From: Bacilli bacterium
Lineage (GTDB): Bacteria; Bacillota_I; Bacilli_A; RF39; UBA660
Assembly (NCBI GenBank): GCA_031549195.1
Contig: JAVBQF010000006.1
Span: 40,091 to 104,090 of the forward strand
Direction: 5' to 3'
DNA: 64,000 bases
How positions within the stretch are numbered: the first letter of the stretch is position 1; each line of letters begins with the position of its first letter. The notes under the pieces were generated by a model. That model saw only the letters and a list, made by a program, of their open reading frames with translations, did not search any database and was not told the DNA's origin. A program made the translations under genes and the position numbers. This document shows, one piece after another, positions 8,408-16,293 of this stretch.

Positions 8408-9326
8408 AAAAATTACCCCCATTTCTCTTTTCTTTAATAACATCAATAAAACTTTCAAGTCTCGTAATCATACCAGTATCATTATTAAGCTCATCTACAA
8501 TAACTTGAATTGTTGGGATATCTAAACTCCTTATAATTAATTCATTCGTCAAAGAATCTGGTCCGCAAGGAAAAGAAGTAACTAATATTATTCCATCAAT
8601 CTTATCTTTATAATGAGTAATTGCTCCAAGAAGTTCTCTATTAAAAGTCCAGTAGTTAGAGTAACTTATCTCATTACATTCATAATCTAATTTATCTTTA
8701 TTATAAATATCACTATATATAACATTTATATCCTTTTTCTCAAAATAACTTGAAATAGTAGTGCCTATAAATTCATCATACAAATTGTAAGGATGGCCAG
8801 CTAAAAGAATTTTAATGTTTTGCCCATCAAGTAATAAATTTTGCTTGATAATTCTCTTTTTTTCTATTTCTTCACTGTACTTTTTAGCTCTAATATAAGC
8901 TTTAATTACTTTTATTTTGTTTAATTTTAGTATTCTTCCAATATCAAAAAAAGCATCAGCTTCTTCTTGGTTATTATCGATATCAACATTAAACTTTAGT
9001 ATTCTTATATCGTCAAATAGGTTAAATGTTAAATCATATAAAGCCATGAAGTTAGTACACATCTTTTCGTTTTTCTTAATACTGGATAAGCGAGTGATTA
9101 AGATATAATCACATTTGTTTTTTAAATTTTCAACATGTCCAACAAATATTTTGAGCGCAAGGCAAGATTCATCTATAGTCTTTTTAATACCTTCGTCTAA
9201 TATTTGTTTGTTTGTCTTGTCACTTACTACAATATCAATATTTAATTCTTCAAAGAACTTGCTCCACATGTTAATATAACGATAGTAAAGTAGTCCTCTT
9301 GGTATTCCAATTTTTAGTTTATTCAA
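8400..9326 (-). CDS. 2-hydroxyacyl-CoA dehydratase-like or DUF2229-type protein (first gene of the triad)
   Basis: It is co-oriented with the two downstream genes and its stop overlaps their start. Composition and length fit the uncharacterised dehydratase-like partners of CoA activases. Confidence 0.45.
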   Translation of the reverse strand: MNKLKIGIPRGLLYYRYINMWSKFFEELNIDIVVSDKTNKQILDEGIKKTIDESCLALKIFVGHVENLKNKCDYILITRLSSIKKNEKMCTNFMALYDLTFNLFDDIRILKFNVDIDNNQEEADAFFDIGRILKLNKIKVIKAYIRAKKYSEEIEKKRIIKQNLLLDGQNIKILLAGHPYNLYDEFIGTTISSYFEKKDINVIYSDIYNKDKLDYECNEISYSNYWTFNRELLGAITHYKDKIDGIILVTSFPCGPDSLTNELIIRSLDIPTIQVIVDELNNDTGMITRLESFIDVIKEKRNGGNFYE

Positions 9327-9443
9327 CGAAATTCACCTCATCTAAATATACTTTTTATACATTGAAATATTATTAAATTAAATCGACAATTAATTTGGCA
9401 AAAGCAGCAAAATTTGCTATAATATTAATGATTAGAGGTAGTT

Positions 9444-10073
9444 ATGAAAAAGAAGTTATTGATATTATTAATGATATTTTTGATACCATTTAATGTATCT
9501 GCAATTACTGTTGGAACAAGTGTTGATACAGTTGTTTTAAGTAAGTGTGTCGATGGGGACACAGCAAGGTTTATGCTTAACAACGAAGAAATAAAAGTAA
9601 GATTTTTAGCTATTGATACTCCTGAATCTGTGCATCCAACTAAAGAAGTTGAAGTATATGGGAAGGATGCATCTGAATATACTTGTAAGGTATTAAGTGA
9701 TGCTGAAAAGATAGAACTTGAATACGATCCAAATAGTAACAAACAAGATAAATATGGAAGATACTTGGCTTGGATATTTGTTGATGATGTGTTACTTCAA
9801 GATACTTTAGTTAAAGTTGGATACGCTAAAGTGGCATATTTATATGGTGACTATTTATATACTGAAACACTAAAAGAAAGTGAAAAGTTAGCTAAGAAAG
9901 AAATGCTTGGTATCTGGAATGAGGTAGTAGTAGAGGAAGTCAATACAGAAACCAAAGCAGAAGAAAAAGAAGAAAAAAAATTTAGTTTATTAGACTTAAT
10001 TCTTGATTTCTTAAATGAAATTTTGGAGAAATTCATTGAGTTTATAGATAATCTAATTGAAGATATGTTATAA
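9444..10073 (+). CDS. Secreted thermonuclease (staphylococcal nuclease, SNase-fold) with an unusual acidic/amphipathic C-terminal tail
   Basis: Signal peptide MKKKLLILLMIFLIPFNVSA. The core DGDTARF...RFLAIDTPE...YGKDASEYT...DKYGRYLAWIFVDD...LVKVGYAKVAYLY aligns motif by motif with the S. aureus nuclease active-site regions. Confidence 0.85.
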   Translation: MKKKLLILLMIFLIPFNVSAITVGTSVDTVVLSKCVDGDTARFMLNNEEIKVRFLAIDTPESVHPTKEVEVYGKDASEYTCKVLSDAEKIELEYDPNSNKQDKYGRYLAWIFVDDVLLQDTLVKVGYAKVAYLYGDYLYTETLKESEKLAKKEMLGIWNEVVVEEVNTETKAEEKEEKKFSLLDLILDFLNEILEKFIEFIDNLIEDML

Positions 10074-10092
10074 TTTATATATGGAGGAAATT

Positions 10093-10569
10093 ATGAAGAT
10101 AAATGATAAAGTAAAAAATATAATAATAGTAGTATTAGTTTTGTTAATAGTATTCGGTGGTTCTTTTTTTGCATCAGAACTAAGACAACCTGATGAAGAA
10201 GTAACTACAGAATACTCAGTATATAATGAATTAACACTTAATGGATATTTAGATCTTGTTAAAAGTGATAAATTAACAGTTATCTATGTTGGTAATGAAA
10301 CTTGCGTAGCTTGCGCAACATTTGATCCAATATTAAAACCAATTGTTGAAGAAAATAACATAGTTATATATCATTTGAATTTGGCAAGAGTAAAAACACA
10401 GACAGATGCGAATAAGGTATATGAAAGTTATGATGATTTCAAAGAAAATGGAATTAATACACCAACATTATTAATAGTAAAAGGTGGCAAAGTCATTGCA
10501 GCACAAGTAGGTGCTAAAACAACTGATGTCACTACAGAATTTTTTAAAACTAATAACATTATAAAGTAG
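10093..10569 (+). CDS. Membrane-anchored thioredoxin-like protein (CxxC = CVAC)
   Basis: N-terminal TM (IIIVVLVLLIVFGGSFFA). The thioredoxin-fold context is LTVIYVGNETCVACATFDPIL. The start is placed at the ATG after GGAGG at 10093; the track starts at 10057. Confidence 0.5.
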   Translation: MKINDKVKNIIIVVLVLLIVFGGSFFASELRQPDEEVTTEYSVYNELTLNGYLDLVKSDKLTVIYVGNETCVACATFDPILKPIVEENNIVIYHLNLARVKTQTDANKVYESYDDFKENGINTPTLLIVKGGKVIAAQVGAKTTDVTTEFFKTNNIIK

Positions 10570-10577
10570 GTGAATAT

Positions 10578-11012
10578 ATGAGAATATTATCTCAAGCAAA
10601 AAAATTTGTACAAAAATATCCTCTTACTATTGCTTGGAGAATTAAGCAAAATAGCAGTATTGTAGAAAAATATATTAATCCCGATGAAAAGCCAATATAT
10701 GTTTTTACTGGTCAAATGAGCGAAAGCAGTCTTGATATATTTAGTACTGCCATAGTGGTACTTACAGACAAAAGAATTATAATAGGAAGAAAAAGAGTGA
10801 TATTTGGGTATTTTTTTTACTCAATAATGCCTCAAATGTTCAATGATTTAAATGTAAAAGCTAATTTGATATGGGGTAAAGTATATATCGATACAGTCAA
10901 AGAGTTAGTTACTATATCAAATATTGATAAAAAGGCTTTAGATGAAATAGAAACAAATATTAGCACTTATATGATGAATTTAAAAAAAGAGTATCCAAGT
11001 AAAGAAGAGTAG
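10578..11012 (+). CDS. Hypothetical protein, possibly bacterial PH-domain-like
   Basis: RBS AGGTGA. No diagnostic motif. Size and hydrophobic pattern resemble bPH-domain proteins, which often sit beside membrane proteins. Confidence 0.3.
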   Translation: MRILSQAKKFVQKYPLTIAWRIKQNSSIVEKYINPDEKPIYVFTGQMSESSLDIFSTAIVVLTDKRIIIGRKRVIFGYFFYSIMPQMFNDLNVKANLIWGKVYIDTVKELVTISNIDKKALDEIETNISTYMMNLKKEYPSKEE

Positions 11013-11084
11013 AATAGGATAGTTCTAATAAATAATAGTATTTATTAGAATTTTTTTTATGATATAATGAAAATAGGTGATAAT

Positions 11085-12308
11085 ATGAAAAGGGTAATTG
11101 GCTTTATTGTAGGAATCATTATATTTTATTTTATATTTCAAATATCTGTCACATTCTTTAAAACTTCGCACAATGTAGAATATATAAAGGAAATTGATGA
11201 TAAAAAATTTATAATTAATGAGATATATTCAAAAAATAATTCTGGTAATTATTATTCAATCAACATTAAAATAGATGATAAAGAATTTATTTTTTATGTT
11301 GGTAATAGTTTTAATAAACAAAAAAATATAGTTAAAGACATTAAATATTATCAAAAAGATAATCTTTTCTGTGTGTATCCAGTATACATAAAAGATAAAG
11401 TAGGAGAGGACCTTATTTGTGATATAGATGGTAATTTATATTCGTATACTAGCATTTATGATAAATATGATTTAAAAGATTTTGCAAGTGAATTGCCTAA
11501 CTTTGTTTATAACAAAAAAACGGTATCAACAACAAAAGAAAAAATAGCAGATGTCTATACATACAATGAAAATATTGAAGAAAATGAATATGTAATTATA
11601 TATAATTACAAGACTCTTTTAAAGGTTAGTCAAATTATGAATACGGAAATAGATTTCTCTTCATATGATGTTTATCAAAATATATATGGTACATTAGTCG
11701 ATAAGTATTATATTTTACCAATATCAGTTAATAAGTCACCTTACTTATCATTTAATATTATTGATATATTAAGTGCTGATTCAAAAGTTTTGAATATGAA
11801 TCAATCTACATCTACTAGTTTTTATGTAAATGGAGCAGTAGATAACAAACTGTATTTCTTTGACAAAATAGATTTAAAACAATATATGATTTCTCCTAAA
11901 GATCAGGATTATGAATTAATTGGTGATAGTGAACTAGGTGGGAAAGTCTACGAGAACGGGATTTGGAAAGATGTAAGTATATATGACTTGAAAAATAATA
12001 CTATATTTACCGAAGATTTTAGTAAATTAGCAAAATTTAATTACAAAGAGGCATTTAAATCAAATAGATACTATTATTTCTATGATGAAAAAAGTAATTT
12101 TTATAGAGTTCATCAAGATTATAAAGAAAGCCCCGTATTACTCTTTAATAAGAAGAACTTAAAAGAAATAAAAGTTGTAGATGATAATATATATTATATA
12201 ATTGATACAACTCTTTATAGATTTAATGAAAGTGGTGAAATTCCAATAGCAGAAAGACCAGAATTTAAGTATAATTCTACAAATATTTATAGTGTCTATA
12301 TCAAGTAG
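11085..12308 (+). CDS. Membrane-anchored hypothetical protein: N-terminal TM plus a large extracytoplasmic Tyr/Asn/Lys-rich domain
   Basis: TM is VIGFIVGIIIFYFIFQI. The start is the second ATG after AGGTGA. No recognisable catalytic motif. Confidence 0.4.
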   Translation: MKRVIGFIVGIIIFYFIFQISVTFFKTSHNVEYIKEIDDKKFIINEIYSKNNSGNYYSINIKIDDKEFIFYVGNSFNKQKNIVKDIKYYQKDNLFCVYPVYIKDKVGEDLICDIDGNLYSYTSIYDKYDLKDFASELPNFVYNKKTVSTTKEKIADVYTYNENIEENEYVIIYNYKTLLKVSQIMNTEIDFSSYDVYQNIYGTLVDKYYILPISVNKSPYLSFNIIDILSADSKVLNMNQSTSTSFYVNGAVDNKLYFFDKIDLKQYMISPKDQDYELIGDSELGGKVYENGIWKDVSIYDLKNNTIFTEDFSKLAKFNYKEAFKSNRYYYFYDEKSNFYRVHQDYKESPVLLFNKKNLKEIKVVDDNIYYIIDTTLYRFNESGEIPIAERPEFKYNSTNIYSVYIK

Positions 12309-12400
12309 ACACTTTTATTTTAAAAGTAACAAATTTGGACTTTTTCTTTTACTAATATTAATGTATACTATATGTAAGAATAAGATAGGGAGTGAATAAT

Positions 12401-14041
12401 GTGATACTTAGAAAACCATATGCTTTTTTAATTAAAAATTTTAAATTATTGCATTTATTTTTATCTTTATTTTTGGGATTTGTATTATATAAAACCTATA
12501 ATTTATTAGGTTTCTTTTCTGAACTAATAAAAGGTATTAAAAACTATGGACCATTTGATAATTTAAGCTCTATTTATATTGGTGCACTTACATATATAGC
12601 AATTATTTTAGCAATGACATTTGCAATAATAGTAATATTGTTATTAAGAGTTAAAAAGAAACCCACACTTTATTATTATTCTTTAACAGCTGTATATGTT
12701 GTCGTAATATTAGTTTTGCTTTATGCATCGTCAATTTTATCTAATATTCAATTTCAAACTTATGATACAAGAACACTTAAGTTGGCCCATGATATTATTT
12801 TAGCAGCACTTGCAACACAAATTTTCTTTTTAATAGTAGCAACACTTCGCGCAGTTGGCTTAAATTTAGGTAAGAAATTTAATTTTAAAAAAGACTTAGC
12901 AGAACTAGATATTGAAGCAAGCGACAATGAGGAATTTGAACTTAACTTAAATTTGGATACTGAAGAAGTAAAATCAAATCTTAGAAAAAGACTAAGAATG
13001 TTTAAATATATATATAAAGAGAACAAGGCAGTATTTTTAAGTCTTATTGGTATTTTGGCTATTATATTAATTGTGTTTATTGCTAATATAATTATGAGCA
13101 TTGAAAAGATTTATAAAGAAGATCAGATGTTTAGAAGTAAGTCTTTTGAGATAACAGTACTTGATAGTTATGTAACTGATAAAGATTATAATGGAAAAGA
13201 GATTAGCAATAAATATAGTTATGTTATTTTGAAAATAAAGTTTAAAAATGTTTCTAATATAACTCAAGATATTATTATAGATAACACAAGAGTTAGGGTA
13301 GAAAAATATATCACATATAAATCAACTAAAGCAGAATATGATAATTTTATAGAGTTTGGAGTTCCTTATTATAGTCAAAGGCTTAAAGCAGAGGAAACAA
13401 GAGAGTTTATATTTGTATATGAGATAGAAAAGAAGTATGCTGAAAATAGTATGAAGTTTGAATATTTAGTGGATATAAACAGCTCTAATAGTGAAGTTAA
13501 ATATGACTATACTAAAGTTGCAATAAAGCCAGATGATTTTTCTAAAAAGGAGACTAAAGCAACAGCATATTTAGGTGAAAAAGTAACATTTACTGATAGC
13601 CTATTATCAAATGCATCTCTAACTATAAACAGTATTGAGCTTAAAGATAAATATCAATATACATATACTTCTTGCATAGAAAATAAGTGTAGTAATTATT
13701 CTAAATATATAGAACCTTCTTTAAAGTCAGAGTATGACCTAACTATTATGAGAGTTAACTATAATTTAGATATGAGTAAAAATGTTGATAGGAGCTTTAA
13801 TATAAGTAAATTTATTGAAAAGTTTGGGACTGTTAGATATGTAATTAATGGTAAGGAATATTTAAATAGAATGGGTATGACTGATGTTACACCTATAATA
13901 CTTCCTAATGATACATATTTAGAAATAACAACAAGATTAAAACAAGCAGAGAAGGTCTATTTGGATATAACTATAAGAGATAAAGTATATACTTATATTA
14001 TTAAGGATACTACAAAGGTAGAAGAAAAAGCTGAGGAATAA
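12401..14041 (+). CDS. Polytopic membrane protein: ~5 N-terminal TM helices plus a large C-terminal extracytoplasmic domain. Function unknown.
   Basis: Hydrophobic helices at aa 20-230. A GTG start at 12401 with AGGGAG upstream is plausible; the track starts at 12392. The C-terminal domain is predicted beta-rich and has no known motif. Confidence 0.4.
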   Translation: MILRKPYAFLIKNFKLLHLFLSLFLGFVLYKTYNLLGFFSELIKGIKNYGPFDNLSSIYIGALTYIAIILAMTFAIIVILLLRVKKKPTLYYYSLTAVYVVVILVLLYASSILSNIQFQTYDTRTLKLAHDIILAALATQIFFLIVATLRAVGLNLGKKFNFKKDLAELDIEASDNEEFELNLNLDTEEVKSNLRKRLRMFKYIYKENKAVFLSLIGILAIILIVFIANIIMSIEKIYKEDQMFRSKSFEITVLDSYVTDKDYNGKEISNKYSYVILKIKFKNVSNITQDIIIDNTRVRVEKYITYKSTKAEYDNFIEFGVPYYSQRLKAEETREFIFVYEIEKKYAENSMKFEYLVDINSSNSEVKYDYTKVAIKPDDFSKKETKATAYLGEKVTFTDSLLSNASLTINSIELKDKYQYTYTSCIENKCSNYSKYIEPSLKSEYDLTIMRVNYNLDMSKNVDRSFNISKFIEKFGTVRYVINGKEYLNRMGMTDVTPIILPNDTYLEITTRLKQAEKVYLDITIRDKVYTYIIKDTTKVEEKAEE

Positions 14042-14086
14042 TCTTCAGTTTTTGTTCTATCAGGCAGATTTTTACATATATTTTAA

Positions 14087-14115
14087 TTGACTTTAAATTT
14101 TATTTAAGTTAAAAT
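14087..14115 (+). promoter_or_regulatory. Sigma-A-type promoter for tRNA-Cys (TTGACT-17-TAAAAT)
   Basis: Read directly from the sequence. It lies 18 nt upstream of the tRNA 5' end. Confidence 0.45.
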
Positions 14116-14133
14116 TAGAATGTACTTTAATTT

Positions 14134-14207
14134 GGGTCCATAGCCAAGTGGTAAGGCGTGGGACTGCAACTCCCTGATCGTTGGTTCAAATCCGACTGGG
14201 CCCTCCA
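14134..14207 (+). tRNA. tRNA-Cys (anticodon GCA) with encoded CCA
   Basis: Manual cloverleaf: acceptor GGGTCCA pairs with TGGGCCC, with a G-U wobble at pair 4. The D-arm is GCC/GGC. The anticodon loop is CTGCAAC, giving GCA. The T-arm is GTTGG-TTCAAAT-CCGAC, followed by discriminator T and CCA. Confidence 0.8.
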
Positions 14208-14209
14208 AT

Positions 14210-14270
14210 TAGAAGATTAAGAAGATTCCAAACTTTGGGGGTCTTCTTTTATTTTAAAATAATGTATAAT
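14210..14270 (+). repeat. Intergenic repeat A, copy 1 (~60 bp): GAAGA...TCTTC hairpin plus T-run, then a TG-extended -10 (TGTATAAT)
   Basis: TAGAAGATTAAGAAgattccAACTTTGGGGGTCTTCTTTTATTTtAAAATAATGTATAAT. It matches the copy at 14897-14956 except for one 6-nt block and one A/T change. It lies immediately 3' of tRNA-Cys. Confidence 0.7.
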
Positions 14271-14293
14271 TAAATTAAAAGGGAGAGATAATA

Positions 14294-14841
14294 ATGACAT
14301 TAGAAACAGAAAGACTAATTTTGAGAGAATGGGAAGAAAAAGATATCAATGATTTAATTGAAGGATTAAATAATATTGAAGTATCTAAATGGTTAGCGTT
14401 TGTTCCTTATCCTTACACAGAAAAAGATGCTAAAAGTTGGATTGATTATTGTTTAGAAAATTCTAAAAAAGAAAACAAAACTGCATATGAATTTGCTATT
14501 GTGTTGAAGGTAGAAAATAAAGTGATTGGTGGAACTAGCTTAGATAAAGTTAATAAGTCACAAGGAACTGCTGGTGGAGGTATTTGGATAAATGCAAAAT
14601 ATCATGGAAAAGGATAAGGTAGTGAAGCGTTTGGAAAAAGAATAGAATTTGCTTTTGATAAATTAAATTTAAGAAGGATAGATAATGGTTTCTTTGTTGG
14701 AAATGAATCATCATTTAAAATGCAAGAAAGATTTGGTTATAAAATTGAAGATTTAAAGAGGCAAGCATATATTTGTCGAGCAGATGGTAAAATAAAAGAT
14801 GAACAGTTAACAGGTTTGTTAAAAGAAGAGTGGAAAAGATA
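14294..14841 (+). pseudogene. GNAT (RimL/RimJ-like) N-acetyltransferase disrupted by an in-frame TAA and an apparent 1-nt frameshift near the 3' end
   Basis: The N-terminal part 14294-14617 ends at TAA exactly where motif A reads GKG-Y-GSEA (observed GKG*GSEA). The same frame continues with conserved GNAT C-terminal sequence (RIEFAFDKLNLRRIDNGFFVGNESSFKMQERFGYKIEDLKRQ). The canonical ending LLKEEWKR* appears only after a -1 shift in the A-run at ~14819-14822. Without the shift, the frame runs on into the intergenic repeat. Confidence 0.55.
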
Positions 14842-14844
14842 AAT

Positions 14845-14878
14845 TAAAGAAAGGTAAAAAAATAAAAGTTTGGAAGCC
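14845..14878 (+). repeat. Intergenic repeat B, copy 1 (AAAGAAAGGTA...AAAAGTTTGGAAGCCC)
   Basis: Near-identical to 15557-15591. Both copies lie directly after the stop of a cassette gene. Confidence 0.6.
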
Positions 14879-14896
14879 CTTTATATTTTCTCTAGT

Positions 14897-14956
14897 TAGA
14901 AGATTAAGAATGGCCCAACTTTGGGGGTCTTCTTTTATTTAAAAATAATGTATAAT
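14897..14956 (+). repeat. Intergenic repeat A, copy 2 (terminator-like hairpin plus extended -10 promoter), preceding the HAD gene
   Basis: See copy 1. TGTATAAT lies ~22 nt upstream of the ATG at 14979. Confidence 0.7.
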
Positions 14957-14978
14957 CTATTTTAGAAGGTGATAAAAA

Positions 14979-15557
14979 ATGATAAAAGCAATAATTTTTG
15001 ATTATTTTAAAACGATAACACTTGAATCAGAATTAGGAGTTTTACGACAATATGACCCCTCACGAATATATGAAAAAGAAATAAAGGCGCTTATTGAACA
15101 ATATGATAAAGGTAAAAGTATAAATTGGCTTTGTGAAGAAATAAGTAAAATTAATGGAACTCCAGCTAATGAATTAGTAAGAGCTTATAATAATCAGCCA
15201 GAACTTAAATTAAACATTGAACTGATAGACTTTATACTAAATGAGTTAAAAGGTAAATATAAAATTGGATTACTTTCAAATATTGGCGCCGAACCTAAAC
15301 AACTAGCTAATGTTAATAATCATTTATTTTTTGATGACAAAGTATTATCATTTGAAGTTGGGATAATTAAGCCTGATCCTGCTATTTATCTACTTGCAGC
15401 AAAACGACTAGATGTTATGCCGGAAGAATGTATTTTTGTTGACGATATAGCTATAAATGTAAATGCAGCAGAATCTACAGGCATGAAAGGTATTATGTTT
15501 AAAAACTATAATGAATTTTTAGTAGACTTAAATGAGATATTAAAAAGCAATAAATAA
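14979..15557 (+). CDS. HAD-superfamily hydrolase (subfamily IA-like) with a non-canonical motif I
   Basis: Motif IV FVDDIAINVNAAESTG, a motif III Lys region, and an N-terminal IIFDYFKT where DxDxT is expected. The second Asp is absent. Confidence 0.55.
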   Translation: MIKAIIFDYFKTITLESELGVLRQYDPSRIYEKEIKALIEQYDKGKSINWLCEEISKINGTPANELVRAYNNQPELKLNIELIDFILNELKGKYKIGLLSNIGAEPKQLANVNNHLFFDDKVLSFEVGIIKPDPAIYLLAAKRLDVMPEECIFVDDIAINVNAAESTGMKGIMFKNYNEFLVDLNEILKSNK

Positions 15558-15591
15558 AAGAAAGGTACTAAAAAGAAAAGTTTGGAAGACC
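15557..15591 (+). repeat. Intergenic repeat B, copy 2
   Basis: AAAGAAAGGTActAAAAAgAAAAGTTTGGAAGaCC compared with copy 1. Confidence 0.6.
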
Positions 15592-15645
15592 ATTTGCATT
15601 CCCTCCATAAGTAGAATCTGAACTTTTATGTTCATTTATATAAAT

Positions 15646-15682
15646 AACCACTGTAAATAGAGCGATTACAGTGGTTTTTTCT
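15646..15682 (+). terminator. Rho-independent terminator (AACCACTGTAA-9nt-TTACAGTGGTT plus TTTTTT)
   Basis: Perfect 11-bp stem followed by a T-run, read directly. Confidence 0.7.
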
Positions 15683-15726
15683 TTTCTAAAAATAGTATAT
15701 AATTAAAGTGGTAGGAGGTAATATCG

Positions 15727-16116
15727 ATGAAATTAAGTTCAGTTGTAATAGACTCAGACAACGCAAAAGAATTATCCGAATTTTATGAAAAGATATTAGG
15801 TTGGGAGAGAAAAGTATATAATCATGGTGATAATGGTGATTGGATTGTACTTAGAAACAAAGAAGAAAGTACTACTCGCTTAGTTTTTCAAGAAGTAGTC
15901 AATTTTGCTAAACCGATATGGCCTGAAGAGGAAAGCCAGCAACAACAAATGATACATTTAGATTTTTATTCTGATAATGTCGAAAAAGATATAGAACATG
16001 CTATTAATTGTGGCGCAGTTCTAGCAAATTATCAATCTGGTGATTGGAAAGTTTTGATTGATCCTGCTGGACATCCTTTTTGTATTGTACCAACAAGACA
16101 AAATAGGGTAAATTAG
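15727..16116 (+). CDS. VOC-family protein (glyoxalase/bleomycin-resistance/dioxygenase fold)
   Basis: Small ~130-aa beta-alpha-beta-beta-beta module pattern (MKLSSVVIDSDNAKELSEFYEKILGWER ... HLDFYSDNVEKDIEHAINCGA). RBS is GGAGG. Confidence 0.55.
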   Translation: MKLSSVVIDSDNAKELSEFYEKILGWERKVYNHGDNGDWIVLRNKEESTTRLVFQEVVNFAKPIWPEEESQQQQMIHLDFYSDNVEKDIEHAINCGAVLANYQSGDWKVLIDPAGHPFCIVPTRQNRVN

Positions 16117-16255
16117 AGATAAAAAGCATAAATAAAAATGCAAAATGGAAGCTGTAAATCTCACTCAAATCACTCCATTTGAAATAAGGGAAATCTACAT
16201 GTAGGTTTCTTTTCTTACTGAAAACGTATCGAATATAATAAATGCAGCAAAAAAA

Positions 16256-16291
16256 AAGATGATTTTGAGTTGTAATACTCTTAATCATCTT
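16256..16291. terminator. Bidirectional terminator hairpin (AAGATGATT-18nt-AATCATCTT) between the convergent VOC and zinc-ribbon genes
   Basis: 9-bp perfect stem. An A-run lies on the 5' side and T-rich sequence on the 3' side. Confidence 0.45.
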
Positions 16292-16293
16292 TA

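Noticed and set aside
14134-14207. tRNA-Cys as the integration site (attB) of the conjugative module
   Set aside because: The tRNA is ~8 kb from the module, on the far side of unrelated genes. No integrase is present, and no copy of the tRNA 3' end was seen elsewhere in the window. The short repeats next to it are described separately.
16004-16288. Minus-strand 94-aa ORF overlapping the 3' end of the VOC gene
   Set aside because: It overlaps a supported CDS and the bidirectional terminator; composition is antisense-like.
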